From positions 1 through 29,370 of IMG/VR virus record IMGVR_UViG_3300028293_000021: DNA of 29,370 nucleotides; one strand, 5' to 3'. Origin of the DNA: a virus. Its lineage: Duplodnaviria; Caudoviricetes. The notes beneath the pieces are model-generated. The model ran no database searches. It was not told where the DNA came from and saw only the letters and a program-made list of their open reading frames with translations. Position 1 is the first letter of the stretch, and each line of letters begins with the position of its first letter. Position numbers and translations under genes: made by a program. This document shows positions 16,042 to 23,643 of this stretch, one piece after another.

Positions 16042-17164
16042 GTGGCAGGTCTTTGTCAAGGTCAGCGGCCAGTTCCTCAGCACCACGTTTGAGGAGTACG
16101 ACCCGGTAAAGATGCTGGCCTGGCAGGAGCAGGAGAAGTCCGCGAAGAAGCCGCAGTCCCTTGCGACGGGCTCGCTCGCGGAGAAAGCCGCCGAGTACTT
16201 CGCCAAGCCGGAGATTGCGGCCCAGCTATACATCGATCAGAAGAAGGCGCATCTCGAGCTCTGGCTCGAGGCGCTCGGCCCCGACACGCCGATCGCGGCG
16301 ATCACCCGCGACCAGGTCGAGGCGATGGTGCAGACGTGGCTCAAGACGCTCGCGGAAGCAACGGTCTACCATCGCCGCGCCAGCCTGCTCGCCGTGTTCA
16401 CGCACGTCTATGGCTCGCACGCAGAGAACGTCGTGCTCGACACGACGGTGCCGGCCGCCTGGACGCCGCGCGACCAGTCAGTCGACTACGCGACGCTGGC
16501 GAAAATCCTCGAGACGATGCCGACCGAGCGCCTCGTCAGCAAGGGGATTCGGCAACCCTCGGCGGCGCGCATCGTCTGCGAGCTCCTGATGCACACGGGC
16601 GTGCGCGGATGCGACCTCGTTCAAGTGCGTCGCTCACACCTCGATTGGTCGCGGGGCATCGTGCAGATGCCGCCCACGAAGAAAGGGCAGGGCGGGAAGT
16701 GGTGGCCGTGCGTCCTGACGCCAGACGGACTCGACGCGATGCGCGCGTTTGACGCCGCGAATCTCTACGGCGCGTTCTCGCCCGCCGCGGTCAGTCACAG
16801 TTGGAAGCGCGCATGTCGGCGTGTGCTCGGCCACGACACGCCGGTGCATCTCTACTCGCTGCGGCACAGCGTCGGCGCCGATACGCTGCGCGCGAGCGGC
16901 GACACGACCACGGTCGGGCGCGTGCTCGGGCATGCGCCGGGCTCGCGGATGTCGGAGCAGTACTCGAAGGGCGCGCACGCCGAGGTCGATCGGCGCGCAG
17001 TCGAGGCGATGGCCGCCGCACGCCAAGCGATGCTGGCGGGAAAAGTTGCGAAAGGAGTCCCGCCGGCGGCCGGTGGGCACCCGACAGCGGCACCACGGTT
17101 GCGAAAGAAGTTGCGAGACACTGGTAAGTCTAGGAACGTCAACACGTTACGTAGGGTAGTCTAA
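16001..17164 (+). CDS. int: Tyrosine integrase
   Basis: HTGVRGCD (R), PTKKG (K), YSLRH, VLGH, SEQY (Y); AGGAG RBS; adjacent to a tRNA-fragment att site. Confidence 0.95.
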   Translation: MPKKLKGVRRQGSKWQVFVKVSGQFLSTTFEEYDPVKMLAWQEQEKSAKKPQSLATGSLAEKAAEYFAKPEIAAQLYIDQKKAHLELWLEALGPDTPIAAITRDQVEAMVQTWLKTLAEATVYHRRASLLAVFTHVYGSHAENVVLDTTVPAAWTPRDQSVDYATLAKILETMPTERLVSKGIRQPSAARIVCELLMHTGVRGCDLVQVRRSHLDWSRGIVQMPPTKKGQGGKWWPCVLTPDGLDAMRAFDAANLYGAFSPAAVSHSWKRACRRVLGHDTPVHLYSLRHSVGADTLRASGDTTTVGRVLGHAPGSRMSEQYSKGAHAEVDRRAVEAMAAARQAMLAGKVAKGVPPAAGGHPTAAPRLRKKLRDTGKSRNVNTLRRVV

Positions 17165-17211
17165 GGCTTCCCAAGCCTTGGACACGGGTCCGATTCCCGT
17201 AGCCCGCTCCA
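17163..17211 (+). mobile_element. attP: attP core: 3' half of tRNA-Gly(CCC)
   Basis: AAGGC-TTCCCAA-GCCTT anticodon arm, ACGGG-TCCGATT-CCCGT T arm, AGCCCGC-T-CCA acceptor end with U73; 5' half absent. Confidence 0.9.
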
Positions 17212-17236
17212 CTCAGAAATCGTTAAAAGATTCAGT

Positions 17237-17273
17237 AAAACGCCCGGTTTCATTGACGAAACCGGGCGTTGTT
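17237..17273. terminator. Probable bidirectional intrinsic terminator
   Basis: 13-bp stem AACGCCCGGTTTC / GAAACCGGGCGTT with 6-nt loop, A-tract left and TTGTT right, between convergent int/tRNA fragment and repressor 2. Confidence 0.8.
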
Positions 17274-17396
17274 GCGTACGGGTGATCGGGCCGGATCAGG
17301 GCGGTTGTAGCCGGGAGCGCGGGTCAAAAGTTGCGAGAAAGTTGCGAGAAAAGTTGCGAGCGCGTGAAGCCTTTGTACTGCCACCGGCACGGAGCG

Positions 17397-17846
17397 TCAG
17401 CGGCGCCGCTTGTGGCGCTCCGGCCCAGGCGTCGCGGGCGGGCTCGCGTAGCCGCGGCGACACGCGCGGATGATCGAGCGTCCGATCTCGAGCGCGAGCT
17501 GTCGGTCGGGATCATCGGGCGGCACGTTCGTGTGCCGGCCACGATCACGCCCGCTGATCGGCGCGGACGGTGCCCACGACGGCTCGACATCTGGTTGCGG
17601 GAACTGGTGCTCGATGCCGGCGAAGAACTCAGACGGCGCGACCCGTAGGCCGAGGAGCGCCCGAACGAACATTTCGACCGAGGGGCCGAGCTTATCGTTC
17701 TTGAGCAGGCGAGAGAGACTGTTCTGTCCGGCGCCTTCGGCAATCCCGCCAAGCCGCGCGACTTCCTGTTGCGTCGCGCCCTGTTGCTTCAACTCAGCGA
17801 ACCGCCGCGCGTAATCGGCGCGGATCGCGTCCCAGACATCACCCAT
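17397..17846 (-). CDS. CI-like XRE repressor 2, paralogue of repressor 1
   Basis: WDAIRADY.RRFA..K..GATQQEVARLGGIAEGAGQNSLSRLLKN.KLGPSVEMFVRALLGL....SEFF aligns closely with repressor 1. Confidence 0.85.
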   Translation of the reverse strand: MGDVWDAIRADYARRFAELKQQGATQQEVARLGGIAEGAGQNSLSRLLKNDKLGPSVEMFVRALLGLRVAPSEFFAGIEHQFPQPDVEPSWAPSAPISGRDRGRHTNVPPDDPDRQLALEIGRSIIRACRRGYASPPATPGPERHKRRR

Positions 17847-17856
17847 GCGCTAGGCG

Positions 17857-17968
17857 AGTATAGCTAGTGGCGGATACTCACTTTTTTAGTGGTTTGCGGA
17901 TACTGAGGCATCGTTGTTTTGCCTGAATTTCTGCGCCTCATCCTTGGTAAAGTATTGCGATAGGGATG
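17857..17968. promoter_or_regulatory. Second divergent promoter region with GGATA-type operators (17861-17876, 17887-17902)
   Basis: Leftward TATACT at 17862-17857; GCGGATACT occurs twice; rightward extended -10 TGgTAAAGT at 17945-17953. Confidence 0.55.
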
Positions 17969-17987
17969 GGCGACGGAGGCGTCCCTG

Positions 17988-18185
17988 ATGAAACCGATCT
18001 ATCGCCTGGACCTGACCTCGCACCAGCGAGCGGCGCTGCTAACCGTGATCAGCGGCTACATCACCAGTCCGGACGCCGTTGAGGTGTCAATCGACGCCGC
18101 GACCGGCGAGGAGATCCAGATCGGCGATCTCCTCGCGCTCGTGCTGAACCTGAATCCGATCCGGGACCAAGCGAAGGACCGATGA
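17988..18185 (+). CDS. Small hypothetical protein
   Basis: GGAGG RBS; ATGA coupling to the next gene. Confidence 0.7.
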   Translation: MKPIYRLDLTSHQRAALLTVISGYITSPDAVEVSIDAATGEEIQIGDLLALVLNLNPIRDQAKDR

Positions 18186-18379
18186 TCTTCCGCATCCGCT
18201 TCGAACAGAAGGGCGGGCATGTGCATTGCCGGCTCTTTCAGGCGACCGCGCCAGGGCGGACGTGGCAGAAAAACGGCGACATCACATTCGATGAGGCGGG
18301 GTGGATCGCGTTCGTCGAGCTGCTGCACGCCCGCGTCGAGTTCGTACCCGAAGACGTCGACCCATCGTCAGCGCCGTAG
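18182..18379 (+). CDS. Small hypothetical protein
   Basis: AAGGA RBS; [19 protein letters not shown]. Confidence 0.7.
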   Translation: MIFRIRFEQKGGHVHCRLFQATAPGRTWQKNGDITFDEAGWIAFVELLHARVEFVPEDVDPSSAP

Positions 18380-18390
18380 AGGATTTACAC

Positions 18391-18648
18391 ATGGCACGAC
18401 ACACCGACGACGATATCGGCTTCGACGAGGGCGGCCAGCCCGTCATGCGGGGTGAAGACGCGGGGGCGCGGCAGGCGGCGATTGTCGAGCACCCGGAGGC
18501 GACGCCGATCCTCGTCGTCGCGAAGCTGCATGGCGAGATTGGGGTGCGCTGCTACGGCCCGCCCAGTCTCGACACGGCAGACGTGCTTGATCACATCGCC
18601 GCCACGTATCGCAAGGCCGTCCTCGCGAGCCGGCCGAAGACGGTGTAG
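18391..18648 (+). CDS. Small hypothetical protein
   Basis: AGAGGA RBS before ATG 18391 ([11 protein letters not shown]). Confidence 0.7.
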   Translation: MARHTDDDIGFDEGGQPVMRGEDAGARQAAIVEHPEATPILVVAKLHGEIGVRCYGPPSLDTADVLDHIAATYRKAVLASRPKTV

Positions 18649-18681
18649 CAGTCCTGGCCCGTCGTGATGGATCCCGCCGGC

Positions 18682-19863
18682 CTACAACGCGGTCCCGTCC
18701 GGCCGCCGCGCGCCGTTCCCGAACCCGCGCGCAATGAGCAGGCCCGGCGCGTTGCCCGTCTCGTAGCCTTTCAGATTGCCCGTGTCTTCGTCGCTCACCC
18801 GCCCATCGCCATCGTGGGCATTGTTGAATTGCATCGTGGCAACCGTCTCCCAGACGACGTACCAGATCGGATGCCCGTACGGCGCGTCGGCGGTGATGCC
18901 CCGGCCGGAATAGCCCAGCCCCCACAACCCGTGAGGCGCGAGTCTGTCCAAACCGTCGGTCACTCTCGCCGCCATCATGCCGGCGGTCCAACTCGGGTCG
19001 CACTGGTAGCAGAGGCCATCGACCTTGCCGTAGTTCGCCTCCCAGAAGGAAGTCGGCGTTTCGTCGTTGGCTTGCCACGAAATGTAGTGCGGCAGGAAGT
19101 GCAGCATGATCACGCAGCGCGATCCGATCAGCGCGGCGTCATGATCGATGAACGCGCGGACCGTTTCGGGCGACCAACAATTGCATTCCCACGCCGGCGT
19201 CTCCACATCCATCACGCCCTCGCGCAGCAGCCGCTCGAGGAGCGCATCGGGCTCGCTCACATCCGGCATCGCCGGAAACACCTTCGGCGCCTCGCGCAGC
19301 CGCTCGAACAGGCGTCGGTTGCGCCGCGGATCGCGCCGCTGCGCCGACGTGATGTTGACGTCGGTGTAGTACTTGCTCCGCATCAAATGATGCACAAAGA
19401 GGCCCGCGCGCTTGCACCGGGCCGCCATCGCCACGTAGTCGTCCTCCGTCATCCCGTCGGCGAACGAGTCTTGCGGCGAGAGGCTGATATGCGTGTAGCC
19501 GTTCGCCCGATGCTGATCGAGGATCTGCTGCTCCCAGGTCGTGCCCCCGCCGGCCGCGCGATCGTAGCGGTCGAGAAAATACGTGAGCACGCGCGAGCGC
19601 GCCCCGCCGCTCGTCGCGCCCCCCGGCACGATTGGCAGGTCCGGAATCGTCACGCCCCACGCATCGCCGCGCCACCACGACACATCCGCGTGCGCCGGCG
19701 GCGCCTCGCGGAGCGCGGTGTAGACCGGCAGCGGCGCGCCGGTGTCCGGATCGGTCGTGTCGACATCGAAGGGCGGCAGCGGCTCGCGCGGCACGAGCAC
19801 GACCGGCGGCGGCCCCGGGGCTGGCGGCTGGCGCGTCAGCAGCAGCAGCGCGTCGTCGATCAT
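18682..19863 (-). CDS. Hypothetical protein, possibly glycoside-hydrolase/TIM-barrel fold (lysin candidate)
   Basis: 393 aa, Trp/Asp-rich with an alternating alpha/beta-like pattern (ILDQHRANGYTHISLS, PAWEC, IMLHF, GLCYQ, VVWE); last gene of the late operon. Confidence 0.55.
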   Translation of the reverse strand: MIDDALLLLTRQPPAPGPPPVVLVPREPLPPFDVDTTDPDTGAPLPVYTALREAPPAHADVSWWRGDAWGVTIPDLPIVPGGATSGGARSRVLTYFLDRYDRAAGGGTTWEQQILDQHRANGYTHISLSPQDSFADGMTEDDYVAMAARCKRAGLFVHHLMRSKYYTDVNITSAQRRDPRRNRRLFERLREAPKVFPAMPDVSEPDALLERLLREGVMDVETPAWECNCWSPETVRAFIDHDAALIGSRCVIMLHFLPHYISWQANDETPTSFWEANYGKVDGLCYQCDPSWTAGMMAARVTDGLDRLAPHGLWGLGYSGRGITADAPYGHPIWYVVWETVATMQFNNAHDGDGRVSDEDTGNLKGYETGNAPGLLIARGFGNGARRPDGTAL

Positions 19864-20141
19864 CGCTCACGCACCGGGATCGCATACGTGACGTGCTGCG
19901 GTGTGACCCGCACGACGTTCACCGTCGGATCCAAGTCGAACCATTCATACGGCCCATCGGGCGACGGGCGCTCTTCGTACGTGCCGTTCGGCTGCACCGA
20001 TCGCCACGCGCCGTTGTCGAGGCGAATCCCGTGATGGCCCTCGCGCACACCCTCATCGGTGTAGATACCGTGGGTCCAGCGCAGCGGACCCGTCGTCGTG
20101 AGCCAGGTCGGGCGGTCGGCCACATCGAGATCAAGCGTCAT
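19860..20141 (-). CDS. Small all-beta protein with fascin/beta-trefoil-like motif
   Basis: AGGAG RBS; GAWRSVQPNGTYEERPSPDGPYEWF; ATGA-coupled to the next gene. Confidence 0.6.
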   Translation of the reverse strand: MTLDLDVADRPTWLTTTGPLRWTHGIYTDEGVREGHHGIRLDNGAWRSVQPNGTYEERPSPDGPYEWFDLDPTVNVVRVTPQHVTYAIPVRER

Positions 20142-20181
20142 GCAGGACTCCTAGTCAGTGAAAGGATCGAGGCACACACCC

Positions 20182-20373
20182 ATGAGCGATCGGAACGAAT
20201 CGACCTTTGACCGCGCGCACCGGCTCGAGCACGAGCGCGCCGAGGCGGTGAAGCAACCGCCGGCCGCCGGCCCCGCCGACGACGTCACGCACCGCCTCGC
20301 CCGCATCGAAACCCTGCTCGGGACGGTGCTCGAGGAACTGCGGACGCTCACGGGGCGGTCGTCTGATACGTGA
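20182..20373 (+). CDS. Small antisense-oriented coiled-coil protein
   Basis: GAGG RBS, GC-rich third positions, VTHRLARIETLLGTVLEELRTL. Confidence 0.5.
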   Translation: MSDRNESTFDRAHRLEHERAEAVKQPPAAGPADDVTHRLARIETLLGTVLEELRTLTGRSSDT

Positions 20374-21091
20374 CGCTGAAGGTCAGCGCCGTGCCGTTCG
20401 CGAACAGGCCAATGAACGAGGAACTGGCCGACGCCGCCGTGTTCCCGACGAGGACGATCTGCGTCCCCCCGGCAAGATAGCCCCCAATCCAGACCACCGT
20501 GGAGGCCAAAGAGCCGAAGTTGCCGATCTGCACCGGCGTCAAGCCGATCGACGGAAACGGCAACCCGTCGATCGAGTTGATCGCCCCGGTCCCCAAGACG
20601 TTGAGCGTGAAGCTCCCACGGGCGAACACGAGCGCCCCCACGCGGACATACGTGCCCTCACGGGCCGTATAGGTGGCGGTGCCCCCGACACTCGGGATCC
20701 ACGTCCCGGTCGTCACGACCGACGCCGACGGCGTGCCCGCCACGTTGTCGGCCGTGCGGAGCACGACGCCGTGGCCCGGCGGCGTGCAGGGCAGCTCGTA
20801 CACGAACTTGTAGCCGGTGCCGGGCACCAGATACGCCGTGAAGCGGCCGGCGCTATCCGTCCGGATCGGGTTCGTGTTCGCGGTGCCGCTCGCGTCGCTG
20901 TAGGTGGCGATCGGGGTCGTCGTGCCCGCCGCATACGTCCAGACGCAGGCGTTGCTGACCTTGTCGCCGCTGTTGTTCAGGACGGTCTGATAGGGCGGCG
21001 GCGCCAGGGAGTAGGTTTGCGCGGCGGCCGAGGAGACACAGCACCCCGCCAGCAGCAGCCCGCGCAAGAACTGGTACACTAGAGAGGCCAT
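20348..21091 (-). CDS. Tailspike/tail-fibre-like protein (virion-attachment N-domain, receptor-binding-like C-domain) with signal-peptide-like N-terminus
   Basis: NNSGDKVSNACVWTYAAGTTTPIATYSD..GTANTNPIRTDSAGR, typical of podovirus tailspike anchoring domains; GTWIPS.GGTATY...GTYVRVG.LV C-domain; start uncertain. Confidence 0.75.
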   Translation of the reverse strand: MASLVYQFLRGLLLAGCCVSSAAAQTYSLAPPPYQTVLNNSGDKVSNACVWTYAAGTTTPIATYSDASGTANTNPIRTDSAGRFTAYLVPGTGYKFVYELPCTPPGHGVVLRTADNVAGTPSASVVTTGTWIPSVGGTATYTAREGTYVRVGALVFARGSFTLNVLGTGAINSIDGLPFPSIGLTPVQIGNFGSLASTVVWIGGYLAGGTQIVLVGNTAASASSSFIGLFANGTALTFSVTYQTTAP

Positions 21092-21320
21092 GTCCGCACG
21101 GCTCGAAAATCGACTCACCATCGCGTACCTCGTCGTGATCGTCGGCCTCATCGTCCAAGGCGCGTATCTGATTGATCTGGCTGATCGGCCTGCGCCGCGC
21201 GCGGGAACTGCAGCGGCACCTTTACGCCGGCCTGCTGCGCCGCGATGGAGAGACGCGCCCACGCCGCCTCTCGCGCCGCCCCGCTTACCGTCCGACTACT
21301 CACCGCCGGGTCGAGCTTGA
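21090..21320 (+). CDS. Small antisense single-TM membrane protein
   Basis: TGgTACACT extended -10 at 21072-21080, AGAGAGG, hydrophobic LTIAYLVVIVGLIVQGAYLI. Confidence 0.45.
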   Translation: MSARLENRLTIAYLVVIVGLIVQGAYLIDLADRPAPRAGTAAAPLRRPAAPRWRDAPTPPLAPPRLPSDYSPPGRA

Positions 21321-23643
21321 GCAGCCCCGTCAAGGCGTTGACGCCCCCCTCGGTATAGAGCAGCTTCGCGAGCGGGAACGTCGCAACCTGCGAGACGACG
21401 TTGAAGACCGAATTGACGTGCGCCGTGCCGGACGGATTCGGGTTCTCTTTGATCCGCTTCGCCAACAGAAAGAACTCATCGAGCGCCTGCACCCGCGCCG
21501 GCGTGCCGAAGAGCAACCGCTTCGTTTCATCGCCCATCTTCTGCCACTCGGCATAGAGCCGATCGGCGTGATCGAACTTCCCGCGCTCCGTCGCGACATC
21601 CAGCCACTGGTCGAGCTTCGCGCGCCCGAGTTGCGGCAGCACGTCCGGCGCCTGCTGGCGTACCGCGCGCAGGAGCTCGATCTCCTGATCGCGGGGCGCC
21701 GTCAGGCGATCGAAGGTCTGCACGGGTTTGTCAGCGAGCTGATCCAGCACCTTCGCTGCCGTGTACTTCTCGACCGTCGCCGTCCGCCCCTCGCGTAGCC
21801 GCTCGGTCGCGGTCGGCACTTGCGACACCATCTCGTCGATCTGATCGGAGAGGGTCTTGACCGCTTTGGCGGCGAGCGCCTGCCCCTCGGTCCGCAGCGC
21901 CGGCACATCCGCCCGCGACACGCCTTTGAGCTCGCCCAGCACGGCATCCGCCACCGACACCGGCACGTACTCGGGCGACGTCATAACCCGCGCGAGAATG
22001 CGCGCCGCGTCGGCTTTGCTGCCCATCAGCGGCGCGACCTGCGCCTCGGCCATCAGCCGCTCGTAGGCGGGGCGCATCGCGTCCTGTAGGGGCTTGAGCG
22101 CCACCGGCATCCCCATCAGGACCGGCGGCGCCTCGGGCACCTCGCCGGCGCTCGGCGGCAGGAACGGGCGACTGACGCCGGGATCGTTCGCGAGGCGCCG
22201 CTGCGCCACGTCGAACGCCGCCTTGCTGACTTCGGTAAAGCGCCCCGTCTCAAGCGCATCCTCGATCAGCCGCTGGACGTGCGCCCGCGTCGGGACGTAG
22301 TCGCTGCTCCGGAGCGATTTGAGGATGTCGTCGTAGACCGGCGCGCCGGCGGCCCCGGCCACGATCTCCGCATCGCCGCCGGCGGCGTTGCCCTGTTTGC
22401 CCGGCAGATCGGACAGGTCGTTCCACGTTCGCTTCGTGAAGCGCCAATTGTCCATCTCGGCGGCCATCCGGCGCAGCTCGGCGAGCTCGCCCGGCTTCGG
22501 CGCATACCCGATCGAGGCCCGCATCCGGTCCGCGAGCGCCTGCGCCGCTTGCTGGGTCGGCTTCGGCGCCGGCACCTCCGCCGCATGCAGCGGATCGGCC
22601 TCGAGCGCCGCGAGCGCGCCGTAGGCTTCGCCGGCCGTCTTGTTCCGCGCCTCGATCATCTTGAGCAGTGATTCTCCCGGCGCCCGCCCGGCCTGCTCAG
22701 GCGAGACGGACGGCCCCGGCTGCCCAGCGAGGGCCGGATTGACCTCGCCCGCGATCCGCCGGCCCGCCGCCGCCAGCGCGGCCTGTTGCCGCGCGATCAG
22801 CTCCGACGCGGTATTCTCGCCGCCCATCGAGTTCGCAATGCGCTTCTCCGCCGCCAGCAGATACCGCGAGCCCGTGGCGGTCGCCGCGTCGAGCGGGACA
22901 CCTTCGGCCGCGGCGAAGGCGTTCGAGGCTTGTTCCTGCGGGGTCAGCCGCGGGCGCGGCACGGACGCCGCCGCCGGCGTCGGCCGCAGAGCCGATACCG
23001 CGCCGGCCGTGCCCGCCGCCATCTGCGTCAGCCCCCGACCCACGTCCCCAAGGTTCTGCGCCTCGAGGGCCGTCTTGGCGCCTTGCCCGGTGAACGCGAC
23101 GCCGGCCGCGCCCTGGACCGCGCGCTGGATGGCGCGCACCGGCGCCGTCTTCAGATACGGCTTGAGCGCGGGCACCAGCTTGAGCGCGGCCGACTCTTCA
23201 CCCAGCCCCGAGAGAAAGAGCGCCGCCCCGACCAGTGAGGTCATGGAGGATGCCAGGTCGCCGCTGCCTTGCAGCATGCCCGCGCCAAACCCGCGGATCT
23301 GCGCCGAGAGCGTGCCCATGCCCGGCAGCCGATCGTTGAGCGCCTGGTCGCCACTCATCGGGCGGTCGACGATATCGGCGAGCGCATGCGCCGCGGTGGC
23401 AATCTGTGGCACCCACTCGCGATTGCCGAGCGCCCACGCCGACTGCAGACGCCCCCAGAGGCCGGGATCGTCCCGCGCGATGGCGTGCCCCTCCGCATCG
23501 ACGTCACTCGTCGTACGGAACGTCGGGGTGCCCCACTGCGGATCGGTGTAATCCGGCGCCGCGGCCGGCGCAGCAGGGGCCACCGGCGCGGCCGGGACCG
23601 GCCGTCCCCAGTTCGGATCGGTGTATTGATCCTGTGGCGCCAT
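21148..23643 (-). CDS. Large internal virion/DNA ejection protein (P22 gp16-like position)
   Basis: 831 aa Ala-rich helical; NPNPSGTA motif; last of the ejection gene series. Confidence 0.7.
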   Translation of the reverse strand: MAPQDQYTDPNWGRPVPAAPVAPAAPAAAPDYTDPQWGTPTFRTTSDVDAEGHAIARDDPGLWGRLQSAWALGNREWVPQIATAAHALADIVDRPMSGDQALNDRLPGMGTLSAQIRGFGAGMLQGSGDLASSMTSLVGAALFLSGLGEESAALKLVPALKPYLKTAPVRAIQRAVQGAAGVAFTGQGAKTALEAQNLGDVGRGLTQMAAGTAGAVSALRPTPAAASVPRPRLTPQEQASNAFAAAEGVPLDAATATGSRYLLAAEKRIANSMGGENTASELIARQQAALAAAGRRIAGEVNPALAGQPGPSVSPEQAGRAPGESLLKMIEARNKTAGEAYGALAALEADPLHAAEVPAPKPTQQAAQALADRMRASIGYAPKPGELAELRRMAAEMDNWRFTKRTWNDLSDLPGKQGNAAGGDAEIVAGAAGAPVYDDILKSLRSSDYVPTRAHVQRLIEDALETGRFTEVSKAAFDVAQRRLANDPGVSRPFLPPSAGEVPEAPPVLMGMPVALKPLQDAMRPAYERLMAEAQVAPLMGSKADAARILARVMTSPEYVPVSVADAVLGELKGVSRADVPALRTEGQALAAKAVKTLSDQIDEMVSQVPTATERLREGRTATVEKYTAAKVLDQLADKPVQTFDRLTAPRDQEIELLRAVRQQAPDVLPQLGRAKLDQWLDVATERGKFDHADRLYAEWQKMGDETKRLLFGTPARVQALDEFFLLAKRIKENPNPSGTAHVNSVFNVVSQVATFPLAKLLYTEGGVNALTGLLKLDPAVSSRTVSGAAREAAWARLSIAAQQAGVKVPLQFPRAAQADQPDQSDTRLGR

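Larger units (their letters stand above)
17045..17359 (+). repeat. Six direct GTTGCGA repeats, putative integrase arm-type binding sites
   Basis: GTTGCGA at 17045, 17098, 17110 (inside the int 3' end) and 17330, 17341, 17353, flanking the att core. Confidence 0.8.

Noticed and set aside
17130-17211. Complete tRNA-Gly gene
   Set aside because: No 5' acceptor strand (GCGGGC) or D arm upstream; that DNA is int coding sequence.
17045-17359. GTTGCGA repeats as a CRISPR array
   Set aside because: Units are 7-12 bp with no spacers and no cas genes; position around the att core fits integrase arm sites.
17324-17752. Overprinted ORF on repressor 2 mirroring the one on repressor 1
   Set aside because: No convincing SD; Ser/Arg-rich off-frame composition.
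15309-17846. Mycobacteriophage-style integration-dependent immunity (attP inside the repressor, ssrA-like tags)
   Set aside because: The att core lies outside both repressor ORFs and no protein ends in an ssrA-like tag.
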